DNA from: Octopus sinensis
Taxonomy: Eukaryota
Direction of reading: 5' to 3'
Assembly (NCBI RefSeq): GCF_006345805.1
Contig: NC_043011.1
Span: forward strand, 7,378,001 to 7,442,000
DNA: 64,000 bases
A program made the position numbers and the translations under genes. The first letter of the stretch is position 1. Every line of letters starts with the position of its first letter. Below the pieces are notes generated by a model. That model did not search any database. It was given only the letters and a program-made list of their open reading frames with translations, and was not told the origin of the DNA. Positions 1 through 13,330 of this stretch are shown in pieces.

Positions 1-1029
1 TAGGTAGGTATGTACGTATATATGTACGTATGTATGTAAGTATGTAGGTATGTAAATGTGTGGACGTGTCTGTGTGTGTGTATATGTGTATGTACATGTG
101 GACGTATGTACTGATATATGTCTGTTCAAGTTGTATATATGACTGTTTCTCTGTCGAAGATTGTATGTACATAATACACACACACTAGCAATGCATCCCG
201 GCGTTGTCCGGGTGTTATGATCTACAGGTGCATTGTATTATTTGCTCCTTTCTTATTGGCAGAATCGGCACCACTGATGTATAGTTAATGGCACAATGGA
301 AGTTATTGTTTGTTTAAAAGTATGGAAAAGTCTCATACATCTACTAAGACATACACATACGCGCGCGCACACACAGACATACATTAATGCGTACCTCAAA
401 CCTATCTCAGTCCCTTTGTGCGTCTGTCTGTGTCTTTAGATGTGTGTATGTGCCAGTCATCACAAAAATGTATGTATACTAACAGACACAAACACCGTCA
501 CACATATATACTTGTCAGTCATCGACCTAACGTACGTAACGAATGCGCGAACACATATAGAAAATGTGACGTCATCGTCGTTGTGGTGGTGGTAGTAAAA
601 GATGTCCTTTATGATAGGTGGCTAAAAGAAAGATGATAATCTTAAATTTTTGTAATGCAAATAAGTGAATGAAAATATATTTTAGTTTGTAGCCAAAAGC
701 TTACTGAATCTTTTGATACCCCATACGTCAAAAACGGCAACTCGGTTTTGGAATGCATAAGGAACATACGCACACATACACATATATACAAACTTTCTTA
801 TACATATGTGTGTGTGTGTGTTCAGATGAATATGGTACGTAAATCTGGGAGCTTTTAGGTGAAATTATACTAATGTGTCCTAATTTAATTAAATTCTACG
901 GCTTTGTGCAGCTGAAGATTGCTCTGCATTTCAAATTGTTGTAATGAAATGATTGCATTGTTCAGTTAAATGGAGTTGCATTAAACGATCGTACTGCATT
1001 ACCTCTGGATATCCTTGTTGCTTATTTCG

Positions 1030-1097
<68 letters not shown>

Positions 1098-1354
1098 CCC
1101 CGTCTCACCACCGTCTAACGGTGAATGGATGCAATGTCTTAAGATACATACATGCTAATATAATCCTACATATATACAAGCACACACAATCATACAAACG
1201 CGTATACACACACATATATACGTTTATCCATTTACACATATATATATATCACTATTTTCGCGGACAACGGTTAAAATTTATAAACCATTTTTCTTGTATT
1301 TTACATAAAAATATACATACATATGTGCATACATTCACATATATAATATATGAG

Positions 1355-1578
1355 GCGGCGAGCTGGCAGAAACGTTAGCACGCCGGGCGAAATGCGTAGC
1401 CGTATTTCGTCTGCCGTTACGTTGTGAGTTCAAATTCCGCCGAGGTCGACTTTGCCTTTCATCCTTTCGGGGTCGATAAATTGAGTACCAGTTACGCACT
1501 GGGTCGATGTAATCGACTTAATCCACTTGTCTGTCCTCGTTTGTCCCCTCTGTGTTTAGCCCCTTGTGGGTAGTAAAG

Positions 1579-1583
<5 letters not shown>
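1355..1583 (+). mobile_element. tRNA-derived SINE family A; other copies at 4226-4410 and 4411-4643 (-, tandem), 31726-31958 (-), 32484-32714 (+), 32930-33160 (-), 33490-33660, 43870-44030, 47030-47195, 47260-47440, 47500-47655, 49580-49700
   Basis: A/B boxes (tggcagaaacgttag, gagttcaaattcc); central tttcatcctttcggggtcgataaa..agtacc block (resembles the MetaSINE domain as I recall it, unverified); tail gccccttgtgggtaataaagaaata. 15-bp TSD at 32469-32483/32715-32729; 11-bp TSD at 32919-32929/33160-33170. Confidence 0.85.
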
Positions 1584-1618
<35 letters not shown>

Positions 1619-2138
1619 GTGCATGCATATACACACTCATACATTCACACACTAACACTTACATACATACACACGCATGCTAAAATACACATACATCTAC
1701 ACATACGTTCATACATATTAATCTATGTACATTCATACGATTATATATAACTACGTATATGTATTTCAGTATCATGCATCTCAACATGTGTGGATTTCTA
1801 CATGTAAATAACAGAAAGGGGTGATTATAGATGGGTACTCCCGAGTGGAATCTGGGTGTTACCCCGTTCGGATTTACGGTTGAGGGCGGGTTTGTAGATG
1901 TATCTGTTTTAGAATTTATGGGAGCAACTGTCTTTCAAGACACATATTGTCGTCGAATGCTCGAAATGAGGAGTAGATAGACAGCCGACGACTGGTAAAG
2001 GATCCTTTCTCTGCGTTTACTCGTCCTGTTTTCCATTTTTTCTTGTTGTTTACGTATTTAACTCGTTTCTTTACGTATTACATGTTATTTACACCGTTGG
2101 TGACGTCCTGTACCCATATATGCATTATTTATATATAT

Positions 2139-2175
<37 letters not shown>

Positions 2176-2221
2176 GAGTAAATAAATGGAGTTGAACGAA
2201 GATGTTATTAAAATTCTTTTA

Positions 2222-2304
2222 CTTTCGACATATGTTTCGAAGGCAGCATTGGTTTTATTCCAAAGGAATAAACGGTGTAAAATGCAATCTTCTCATCAGA
2301 AAGA
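2222..2304 (-). ncRNA. Type I minimal HHR motif inside the 2177-2472 foldback
   Basis: CUGAUGA GAAG..GCAUU/AAUGC..CUUC GAAA CAUAUG UC: canonical boxes, palindromic stem III ACAUAUGU, weak stem I. Confidence 0.65.
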
Positions 2305-2645
2305 AGAGAGCCGCTCTCAACAACAAGACGTTATAACAAATACGATGACTGCCTCATCGTATTGCATTTTACACCGTTTATTCCTTTAGAATAAAACCAA
2401 TGCTGTCTTCGAAACATATGTCGAAAGTAAAAGAATTTTAATAACATCTTTGTTCAACTCCATTTATTTACTTATAATACACAAATTACTGCACATTAAC
2501 CCGGAGTTTCTACATTTGAATAGGTCGATTCATCCGTGTTACTTGCGTGAATTTTACTACCCTGGTAACTGTTTATTGAATTTTCTAAGTTAACGGTAAA
2601 CAAAGGATAATTCATTCATCCATTTATATATATATATATATTAAT

Positions 2646-3864
2646 GGTACTAGTCGCGTAGACTGGACCCGGTGCGCGCATCCGCGCTAGCCAGTCGTAG
2701 GTAGTCGATCCTACAGCGACTTGCGTATGCAAATGAGCTGATTGGCGCAACATTGCAAACACCAAGTTAATAGCGAGCCCCTACTGGAGCTTAGGAAATA
2801 TTTTTCAACGATATACGGTGTATATTATTTTAAAGACAATTGCGTTTTTTTTTTATTACAAAACAATTAGAAGCATTGAAAAACATTTCTTTTTTTCAAA
2901 GTAGACCACTACAGGCGACAATTCACTTGGGTTTCCTTTGAATAGCTACGGCAAACTTCGTTAACCATTCAGCTATGCTCGTTCTCTTTCAACTGGAATT
3001 TAACCCCTGACCAACCCTAAATTATTAGACATTTTGGTCGTGGCCATCCCGCTTTGTTGTAAATCCAATACTGCATTGTTCAGTTTGACTTTAAAAAAAA
3101 AATTCGGCTGCTATTTCTAGCAGCTGGGTGGAAGATATCTCTTGACCGAAGTTGTACAAGGTCTGTGTTTGCTCTTTGTTTTCAGTTTCTCCAAAGATCC
3201 AACTGAACTCTCGTCTTTAACTTCAGCTGAACAGTTCCCAGTCCCAAGACTGCCCTGGTCGTGCAGACCTGATCAAAGGAGTTTACTTTTAACCAGACGT
3301 AAAGTAACCCTTTACTTCATAGAAATGTTTTATTTCTACGTGGGGGCAATTTGGTTACTATAAGTTTACATTGAAGAGACTTGGTCGTTGACAGGAGCCT
3401 CATAAGTTAACGCAGGGAACCATTTCATACGAGGCAACTAAATTCTGCCCCCACCTTGTTGTTGGCTTGTCACCAGGAACCGATTTCCCTGTTGAAGCCT
3501 ACAGTAAAATTACCTGGTTGGGGAGGGGTTAAGCCAATTTTTAAAAACTTTTTTTTTTATGTTCATGCTGCAGTTTGCCGTAGCTATTCAAAGGAAACCC
3601 AAGTGAATTGTCGCCTGTAGGGGTCTACTTTGAAAAAAAGAAATGTTTTTCAATGCTTCTAATTGTTTTGTAACGAAAAAAAAAAACAACGCAATTGTCT
3701 TTAAAATAATATACACAGTAGGGGCTCGCTATTAACTTAGTTTTTGCAGTGTTGCGCCAATCAGCTCATTTGCATACGCAAGTCGGTGTAGGATCGACTA
3801 CCTACGACTGGCTAGCGCGGATGCGCGTCTGCGCGCACCGGATCCAGTCTACGCGACTAGTACC
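2646..3864. mobile_element. Non-autonomous DNA transposon/foldback with ~300-bp TIRs
   Basis: ggtactagtcgcgtagactgga... at 2646 and ...tccagtctacgcgactagtacc at 3864. Arms 2646-2957 and 3572-3864 are highly similar, with one ~33-bp indel. No ORF; no TSD recognised. Confidence 0.85.
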
Positions 3865-4649
3865 CAAATATTGTATATGAAGATAGAGTCAGAATTTTGG
3901 ATATTTCTTATCCGCGCTTTCGTTCGTTTAACCCAGCTGCCCCCAAATTGCTGGCCTGATCCGGTTTAGTTTGTGAAATTCGGATATGTGCACACTGGGT
4001 GTGATATATCCGTCTTATTGCTAACGTCACCTTCTTTGATAACTTTTCTGTTAATAAATATGTTTGCTATCTTTATTTATTATTTTTTTGCGCATTCTCT
4101 GTATTGTATTATCTATCTAGCTCGTCTTGAAGAAAGTTTGGTGACCCCTGGTTTAACCGAACTCTAAGAGTTCGGTTAAACGAAGAAAAGCAACCGCCTC
4201 CTTCTTCATACATACATACATACATATTTCTTTATTACCCACAAGGGGCTAAACATAGAGGGGACAAACAAGGACAGACAAAGGGATTTAGTCGATTACA
4301 TCGACCCCAGTGCGAAACTGGTACTTAATTTAATCGACCCCGAAAGGATGAAAGGCAAAGTCGACTTCGGCGGAATTTGAACTCAGAATGTAGCGGCAGA
4401 CGAAATACCTATTTCTTTATTACCCAAAAGGGGCTAAACACAGCTAGGACAAACAAGGACAGACATAGGTATTAAGTCGATTACATTGACCCCAGTGCGA
4501 AACTGGTACTTAATTTAATCGACCCCGAAAGGATGAAAGGCAAAGTCGACCTCGGCGGAATTTGAACTCAGAATGTAGCGGCAGACGAAATACCGCTAAG
4601 CATTCCGTCCGGCGTGCTAACGTTTCTGCCTGCTCGCTGCCTTTATACA

Positions 4650-4680
<31 letters not shown>

Positions 4681-4699
4681 CATCTATATCTATCTATCT

Positions 4700-4799
4700 N
4701 NNNNNNNNNNNNNNNNNNNNNNNNNNNNNNNNNNNNNNNNNNNNNNNNNNNNNNNNNNNNNNNNNNNNNNNNNNNNNNNNNNNNNNNNNNNNNNNNNNN
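4700..4799. other. Assembly gap (100 N)
   Basis: Exactly 100 N, typical of a scaffold join of unknown size; the two sides may not be contiguous. Confidence 0.98.
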
Positions 4800-4974
4800 T
4801 TCATCGCTTTAGGTCGTCAGTGAAAATATTTTGACAAATTAAACTTAAATGTTGAAGTGAATCGAACGGCTTTTGTGTGTTTCTTAAATGGCTTACAAAC
4901 ACCTTCCATGCTGCAATTGTTTTCGTTTCAGCACACGATCTCAGATCAAATCACTTGCTATGCGAGTACATCTC

Positions 4975-4975
4975 C

Positions 4976-5006
<31 letters not shown>

Positions 5007-5089
5007 ATGTATGTATGTATGTATGTATATATATATATACATGTATATGTATGTATGTATGTATGTATGTATATATATATATATACATG

Positions 5090-5121
<32 letters not shown>

Positions 5122-5330
5122 TATATATATATATATACATGTATATGTATGTATGTATGTATGTATATATATATACATGTATATGTATGTATGTATGTAT
5201 GTATATATATATACATGTATATGTATGTATGTATGTATGTATATATATATATACATGTATATGTATGTATGTATATATATATATATATATATACATGTAT
5301 ATGTATGTATGTATGTATATATATATATGG
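4975..5330. repeat. Compound (TA)/(TATG)/tacatg microsatellite; similar tracts at 5820-5975, 6965-7300, 7745-8175, 12630-12995, 35030-35150, 35360-35600
   Basis: Directly visible; these tracts explain the many Y/I/M/V/C/H/T-rich ORFs in the track. Confidence 0.95.
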
Positions 5331-5535
5331 CTTAAGTTTTTCATTGTATGATTTGCCTAATAGTGGTTTTATCTTTAATTTAATATAATATATATATCAT
5401 CATCATCATCATCGTTTAACGTCCGTTTTCCGCGCTAGCACGGGCTGGACGGTTGACCGGGGTCTGGGGAGCCAGGGGCTGCCCCAGGCTCCAGTCTGGT
5501 CTGGCAGTGTTTCTACAGCTGGCGCACCGCGAATA

Positions 5536-5586
<51 letters not shown>

Positions 5587-5715
5587 TAAAAGGAATTCCA
5601 ACCTTTTTTGATTTTCACGTTGTATTTACAATCTTATAATGATATATTATAAGATAATATATTATAATTAAATAAATTAAAATGAAATAATAGAATGTTA
5701 AATGTTCATTCTGAT

Positions 5716-5760
5716 TGAACTAGTACTTTCATGCATTGAATTCTGCAATCTTCGGGTTCA
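5716..5760 (-). ncRNA. HHR-like motif with CCGAAGA core
   Basis: ugaac CCGAAGA u UGCA gaauucaa UGCA u GAAA GUAC UA guuca: perfect 5-bp stem I, palindromic stem III AGUACU; U.U mismatch at 10.1/11.1. Confidence 0.55.
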
Positions 5761-5887
5761 TGTAGTAGTGGTGACAGTCATGCTTCACAATTTTTGTATA
5801 TGTATGTATGTATGTATCTATATATATATATATTATATTAAATTAGAGATAAAACACTATTAGGCAAATCATACAATGAAAACTTAG

Positions 5888-5970
<83 letters not shown>

Positions 5971-5974
<4 letters not shown>

Positions 5975-7640
5975 GGTAAACAGTAAAAATAATTACAGAC
6001 ATGGACAAGAACATGAAACACCACAGAGACGACACAAGAACCACAGGACGGGACATTCGAAGCCCTCAGTCATCAGTCAAGAACCAGATCATCTTAGCAA
6101 TTTCGGCTGATTAATCTTGAGATTGCTCCGATTTGGGCAGCCCGCCAAGGGAAATCTAAGCCAAGCGCATTAGATCCCTGGAAGAAAGCTTCGAATGTAT
6201 ACAACACGAGGACGGAAAACGAACGAAGTACACGAACAAAAATACAGAATACGTGACACCAATAAGAATACAAAAACGTAAAAACAATAACGGTAAAATA
6301 AAAAACAGAACAAAACCAGGACGTAGGACAAGGGTCTTTCGACAGGACGAGTTGAGTTTGGGGCTGGCTTGTGAAGTTGTGCCTAATGGCCGCAGGGAGA
6401 GACGAACAAATACGTGTTGCTTCGGCGACGCTGGTACGAAAAAGAGCGCTCAACAGCGGCTAGCGGTCACGTGAGAACAAAAGACAGGAGAAAGGGACAG
6501 ATGAAAAGAGAGAGAAGGTGGATGAGGGAGGAGAAGAAAGAGACAGATCGAGGGGGCTGGAGGTGAGAGAGATAGAGAAACGTAGAAGGGGGGGGGGAGA
6601 CGGATGGAGGAGGGAAAGAAAGGAAGGGGAATAAGGGAGGGAGAGAGAGAGAGAAAGAGACAGATTAAGAGTCGTATCAATGCTAGAGAAAAATATACTT
6701 ATCGTATAAGGACAATTGTGGATACGTAGCCGCCGATTATATAGGTAAACAGTAAAAATAATTACAAGACATGGACAAGAACATGAAACACCACAGAGAC
6801 GACACAAGAACCACAGGACGGGACATTCGAAGCCCTCAGTCATCAGTCAAGACCAGATCATCTTAGCAATTTCGGCTGATTAATCTTGAGATTGCTCCGA
6901 TATGGGCAGCCCGCCATGGGAAATCTAAGCCAAGCGCATTAGATCCCTGGAAGAAAGCTTCGAATGTATATATATATATATACATGTATGTATATATATA
7001 TATATACATGTATGTATATATATATATATAATGTTGATGTATATATATATATATACATGTATGTATATATATATATATATATACATGTATGTATATATAT
7101 ATTATATATTATATATATATATATATATATACATGTAATGTATGTATATATCATATATATTAATATATATATATTACATACATGTATATATATATATATA
7201 CATACATGTATATATATATATATACATACATGTATATATATATATATTACATACATGTATATATATATATATATACATACATGTATATATATATATATAC
7301 ATTCGAAGCTTTCTTCAAGGGGATCAATGCGCTTGGCTTAGATTTCCATGGCGGGCTGCCCATATCGGAGCAATCTCAAGATTAATCAGCCGAAATTGCT
7401 AAGATGATCTGGTTCTTGACTGATGACTGAGGGCTTCGAATGTCCCGTCCTGTGGTTTTTCTTGTGTCGTCTCTGGTTGTTTCATGTTCTTGTCCATGTC
7501 TGTAATTATTTTTACTGTTTACTATAATCGGCGGCTACGTATCCACAATTGTCCTTATGATAAGTATATTTTTTCTCTAGCATTGATACGACTCTTAATC
7601 TGTCTCTTTCTCTCTCTCTCTCTCCTCCCTTATTCCCTTC
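5971..7640. mobile_element. Non-coding element with ~250-bp direct repeats (5971-6230, 6740-6965) and an inverted copy (7300-7640) across a TA microsatellite
   Basis: Three near-identical copies of gacatggacaag...agaaagcttcgaatgtat. The layout resembles Penelope tandem/inverted pseudo-LTRs (inference). Confidence 0.7.
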
Positions 7641-7807
7641 CTTTTTGTCTCAAATAATATTTATAATATTTACTATAAAATTGGATTTAATCCTAAATCT
7701 GATTTTTTTTCCCTGTAAATTTGGATATATTCCCTAATATTTATTATATGTATATATATATATATACATACATATACATGTATATATATATACATACATA
7801 CATATAC

Positions 7808-7846
<39 letters not shown>

Positions 7847-8799
7847 CATGTATATATATATACATATACATGTATATACATGTATACATATACATGTATA
7901 TATATATACATATACATGTATATACATGTATATATATAAACATATATATATATATATATATACATATACATACATATACATGTATATATATATACATATA
8001 CATGTATATACATGTATATATATAAACATATACATGTATATATATATATACACATATACATGTATATATATATATATACATACATACATACATGTATATG
8101 TATGGATGGATATATATATACATACATGTATATGTATGTATGTATGTATGGATATATATATATACATATATATACGAAAGAAGGTTTGAAAATGCAATTT
8201 TAAAAGATGTTTATTTACTTTACTGGTTTCACTCTTTGGAAAAAGATTGTCAAAAGTAACATGTAGAAGTTTGGTTGCGTTAATTATTGGTTGTTACAAA
8301 TTGCTACATTACATATATACAGTCTTTGGTAACAGGGACATGTTAAGGACATAAAAAAGTTTAGCAAGTTCCTTAAAATATTGGGCACAAAAGATTACTA
8401 CATAATTAATCATTCTCAAGAACATGCTTAAGGTAGTTTCCAGAAGGAATTATTAAACAGTTCACTGGGTTATTGGTATTGTATCTGTATATTCAAACAC
8501 GCACAGAATATTGGTTGACACAGAGTACTACAATCCATATATATATATATATTCTTTGGTCACAGGAGTATGTTGAAATCATAAAAAAGTTTAACAAGTT
8601 CATTGAAATATTGGGCACAAAAGATTACAACATTCTCAAGATAATTTCCAGAAGGAATTATTAGAAAGTCAGTAGTGCAAGCTACACCCACTGAAAATTA
8701 TTAATCTGCACAGGTACTTCCTGTACTCCAAATCTTAGTAAAATCATTCAATTGGTTGGTTGACAGAAATCTAAAAATGCACTTGTAACTTACTCTAAA

Positions 8800-10866
8800 A
8801 TGTCTCAAACAGATTCAGTAAATGGCAAAAAAGGCTTGGGAATGTCAGGGGAACAGGTCTGGCTTGGCGTACTGCATGTATGGGAGCTCAAGAAATATTC
8901 CCTTAACATAGTTGCGCTCTCTGAAACTCGTGTCTCAGGTGAGGCTCGAGTAAATGAACCGACTTGTGGTTATACTATCTTTTGTAGAGACCTACCTAAG
9001 GGTCAGCGTAGAGAATCTGGTGTTGGGTTTGCTCTCAAGAATACATTAGTATCCTCCATTGCAGAGCTTCCAAGTGGTGCATCTGAATGGATCACGTCAT
9101 GCCATATTAAACTGACAGTATTTATGCACCAACAGTGTCCCATTCTGAGGAAACTAGGACAGTTTTATGATGATCTAGCACAATTATTGAGGAAAGTACC
9201 AATTTCTGACAAGCTGGTCATATTGGGAGATTTCAGTGCAACAGTTGGAAAGGACTATGTTTCATGGCCTGTTTTAGGTCGAATTGGAAAATGTAATAAA
9301 AATGGAATAGCACTTTTGATGTTTGGTACTGAGAATAATCTGGTTGTCACCAACACTCTATTTAAGCAGAAAAATAAATATGAAACCACCTGGATGCACC
9401 CAAGGTCTAAGCACTGGCATCTCATAGATTATATGCTGATCAGAAAACGTGATATGAAAGACGTTTCTAGCGTTTGGGCCATGAGAGGGACAGAGAGCTG
9501 GACTGACCATCATCTAGTGCATGGAAAAATAGATTTTTCAATCAAGCCTAAAATTCAAGTCTGGTCCTAAGGTGCCTAAAAAATTAAATGTTCCAAACTT
9601 TGAATTATCAAGCAACTTACAAAGATTCCACAATGCTATAGAAAGTATCAATCTTAACCCAAACAATCTATGGGAAGATTTCAAAACAAAAGTATTTCAG
9701 GCTGCAAGTTTGTCAGTGGGATTTAAATCACATAAGTCCAGTGCCTGGTTCTCAGAAAGATCAGCAGAAATGCATGATCTACTTTTAGAAAAACAAAACT
9801 TAGGCAATACACTTCTTTCTCAGTCCTTGAACCCTAACTCAAATGAAGCTTACAAAAAGCTGAAAAGAAAAGTGCAGACTGCTCTAAGGAAAATTAAACA
9901 GGAATGGTGGAATGATAGAGCAAAAGGGGCACAAGAAGCAGCTGATAGAAATGATGCCAAGGGTTTGTACTCTTATGTTTAGGAGGTATATGGCCCCAAA
10001 TCTTCCTCAATAGCTCCAGTGAGAATAGCAAATGGTCATTTGTTCCCAACTGACACTGCTTCTATTCATAAGTGCTGAGTAGAACATTTTTCTGCACTTC
10101 TAAATTGACCATCATCCGCTGACATGAGGAAGATAGAAAAAAATTGAACACCTTCCAGTTTTAGATGGCATTTGAACCAACCCTAAATGACATTTATTTA
10201 GCTGTGAATAAGCTGAATAAGAATAAGTCTCCAGGGTCTGATGGAATCTGTGCAGAGGTCTTGAAATATGGGGGTGACAAAATGTTTGAACTCTTAAATA
10301 TGTTAATTTATCACTGTTGGGGAACTGAGGAAGTGCCTCAAGACTGGATTGATGCCATTTTAGTCTTCTTGTCTAAATCGGGGCCAAAGGATCTGTGTAG
10401 TAATTTTCGTGGGATTTCGCTTTTGTCTGTGGTTGGAAAGGTACCTGACTGCATTTTGTCAGAACATTTAAATACCTTCATAGTTCCAAATATAGTGTCT
10501 GAGTCTCAGTTTGGTTTTCGTTCCTCCAGGGGCACAGCTGATTGCATCTTTACTATCAGACAATTACAAAGAAAGCGCATTGAACAGAATCTTGCTATAT
10601 ACCATTGCTTTGTTGATTTGAGCAAAGCATTCAATACTGATCTGTTGCTAATTCTAAGGAAAATAGGTTGCCCAGAAAAATTTGTAACCATGATCAGAGT
10701 TTTGCATCAAGATATGAAAACTAGAGTTAACTTTAGTGGTAGGGTCTCTGAAACTTTTGCTATGGAAAATGGAGTAAAGCAAGGAGACCTTGATGCACCC
10801 ACCCTCTTTGCAATATACTTTGCTGATGTGTTGTCACATGATTTTCAAAACTCTGAGGTGGGTATT
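8800..10866 (+). mobile_element. Degenerate RTE (BovB-like) LINE, endonuclease plus partial RT, ending at a SINE tail
   Basis: IVALSETR, ILGDF, WMHPRSKHWHLIDY, TDHHLV, KSPGSDGI, FRGISLL, FVDLSKAF, GVKQG; internal stops and frameshifts. Confidence 0.9.
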
Positions 10867-11259
10867 GACAATTTATTGGCAAAAGAGACTGATAGAATAA
10901 GTACTAGACTTACAAAGAATAAGTCCTGGGGTTGATTTGCTTGACTAAAGGCGGTGCTCCAGCATGGCCACAGTCACATGACTGAAACAAGTAAAAGAGT
11001 ATATATATATATATATATCAAGTTTGAGGGGTTTAATACCTCTAAGGGATAATTAAATCCAGAGTCGCTCCTAGCTGTTAGCTGGGTAGGTACAGTCTTT
11101 TGTAGGGTTGTACGGTAGCAAGTGATTCGGTTGGTAAACCGGAGTTTAGGTTATATAAGAGAAGAAAATGGATATAATAACAATGGGAAACTTGTGGTTT
11201 ACGCTGGGATGTCTTTAATTATATAGGTAACAAAGAAGGTTGCTTCTTCCTTCTTTGAT

Positions 11260-12240
11260 GGGTGGCAGGTCCACTGCATATATAAAATATGTCCACTGCC
11301 AGCCGGTTCCAGTTGTGGTCTACTGGAATACTTCCCACCTCATGTACGCCCGGAGCAGGGTCAATGGACTGGCACCTCTCACAGCTGCTAACCACTCTGC
11401 ATGCTCCGTCTTGTTACATCGGAGTCGACTTTCCTGGCTAGGAACATCTTGTCCATCCCCATGTGATGCATGGTATGCAATCTCCTCAACTCTGAGTCAC
11501 TCAGATGGCATACTGCAGCCACAGCCTGCTCCGCATCCTCTGGCACCTGCAACCAGGCTTGCTTTACCCTGGTCAGGACGTCTGCCCTGTTCTTTTCGGA
11601 AGGCACAAAGATCACGCTCAGCTTCAGATCGAACAGTTAGTTCATGCAGAATTCCCAGTCGAAGCTTTACCAACATCTCTGTGGCCCCTTTGGTTTGCAT
11701 CCCCTGCTCATTGGTGATGACTGCTGTCACCCAACCAAGTACAGTGGCTGAATTGGTCTTGATTTCTATGGTGCGCAGCCCCAACTTCAAGGTTAGGTTC
11801 ACCCCCTTTAACACGGCATCCAACTCCGCCACATTGATATGATTGCAGTCATCCGTCTTCCTGAGCCAGGCTGCATCTTCCACCATGACACCTCCCATTT
11901 CTAAGACAACCCTTATTGCGATGCTACTGGCGTCACACCATACAATCCCGCTCTTCGATTTGGGAACATACCAACTGCCCCTCACCGGGTCCTTTGCTCT
12001 TACTCTGGCCAAGACTTCCTGCATCATGTCGGTCGTCGTTTCCCCCACTTTATCGTTCCACTTCGCTCCTTCGGCTCATCTCTTGATGAAGCTACATGCT
12101 GTCCGGAGCCATCCTGCAATCGGGTAGCGTCTCACCAGCTTCCCACACACCGAGAACAGTACCAGTCCCGGGGTCGCATGGCGACCACAGAGGGACCGGT
12201 ACCCTTCTCCCTTAACTGGCTGATTATGATACCAGTTCAG
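11260..12240 (-). mobile_element. Ty3/Gypsy-type pol fragment (RT end, RNase H, integrase Zn-binding start)
   Basis: WCDASSIA...HINVAELDAV...TNSATV RNase H motifs, then LHTMHHMG...CERCQSIDP...WNRLAVD (HHCC and integrase core start), frameshifted; no LTR identified. Confidence 0.75.
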
Positions 12241-12899
12241 GTGTGAGTTCGGGAGTGAGAAGTGAGTGGGAAAGTCGGTTGAATGATCTGTAGATCGGGG
12301 TGGGGGCGTGTGGTGTTTGTGGTGTTATGGGCTGTGATGTGCTATGTGGTGTTGGTGGAGAGGATTGCAGATGGGGTAAACGGAAGTGAAGGATGCAGGA
12401 GCCAGTGGAAGAGCCACAGGGGCATGCACAGGCAGAAAGCACATGGGGCAGTTCAATGAGAGAGGGTGAGTGTGGAAGGACATGTTTTTCTTGACATTGA
12501 TCGCTCATCCCGCCTCAGTCAACAGGTCTCTGCATTTCTTTCTCCCTTTTGCTTCTTTTTCTGTTGTCTTTTTCTTTCATCACACAACAAGTTGGTTGGA
12601 TTCACAACCTCTAACTCTCTTGGAAATATATATATATATATACATATAGATATATATATATGTATGTATGTGTGTGTGTGTGTGTATATATATATATACA
12701 TACATATATACACACACACACGTATATATATATATATATATAAGTAATACTAAGCAATAAAGGGTTTAGCAACGAATTGCCTTACCACATACCGAATTTA
12801 GAAATAGCAGTCAAAGAGTTATAGCTATTTCTTCTACTAAAAAGGGAGATCTCAGTAAAAACAGCAATTGGAATATATATATATATATATATACAAACA

Positions 12900-12970
<71 letters not shown>

Positions 12971-12999
12971 CACATATATATATACACACACATATATAT

Positions 13000-13330
13000 C
13001 ATCATCATCATCATCATTTAGCGTCCGCTTTCCATGCTAGCATGGGTTGGACGGTTCAACTGGGGTCTGTGAAGCCAGAAGGCTGCATCAGGCCCAGTCT
13101 GATCTGGCAGTGTTTCTATGGCTGGATGCCCTTCCTAATGCCAACCACTCTGTGAGTGTAGTGGGTGCTTTTTACGTGCAACCCGCACAGGTGCCAGATG
13201 GAGCTGCAAACGTCCATGGACGGATGGCGCTTTTTACGTGCCACCGGCACGGGGGCCAGGCGAGGCTGGCAACGGCCACAATCGGATGGCTGTTGCTAGC
13301 CTCGCCTGGCTCCCGTGCCGGTGGCACGTA
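13000..13330 (-). mobile_element. 5'-truncated RTE 3' ends with (GAT)n tail; also at 5398-5520, 33295-33480, 37850-38040 (+), 38570-39330, 42480-42630, 49300-49540 (+), 51060-51230 (+), 51660-51920, 57298-57358, 58230-58382 (+)
   Basis: Match the 3' UTR of the 53623-57295 RTE (cagctggatgcccttcctaatgccaaccact; catgctagcatgg..cgttaaacgatgatg). Confidence 0.85.

Noticed and set aside
6055-6110. CTGATGA and GAAA in repeat unit A as a type I or II hammerhead
   Set aside because: Stems I and III could not be formed with correct NUH spacing.
4857-8203. Many long ORFs rich in Y/I/M/V/C/H/T (also near 12500-13000, 31900-32400, 35000-35640)
   Set aside because: They are translations of TA/TG/TATG microsatellites on all frames.
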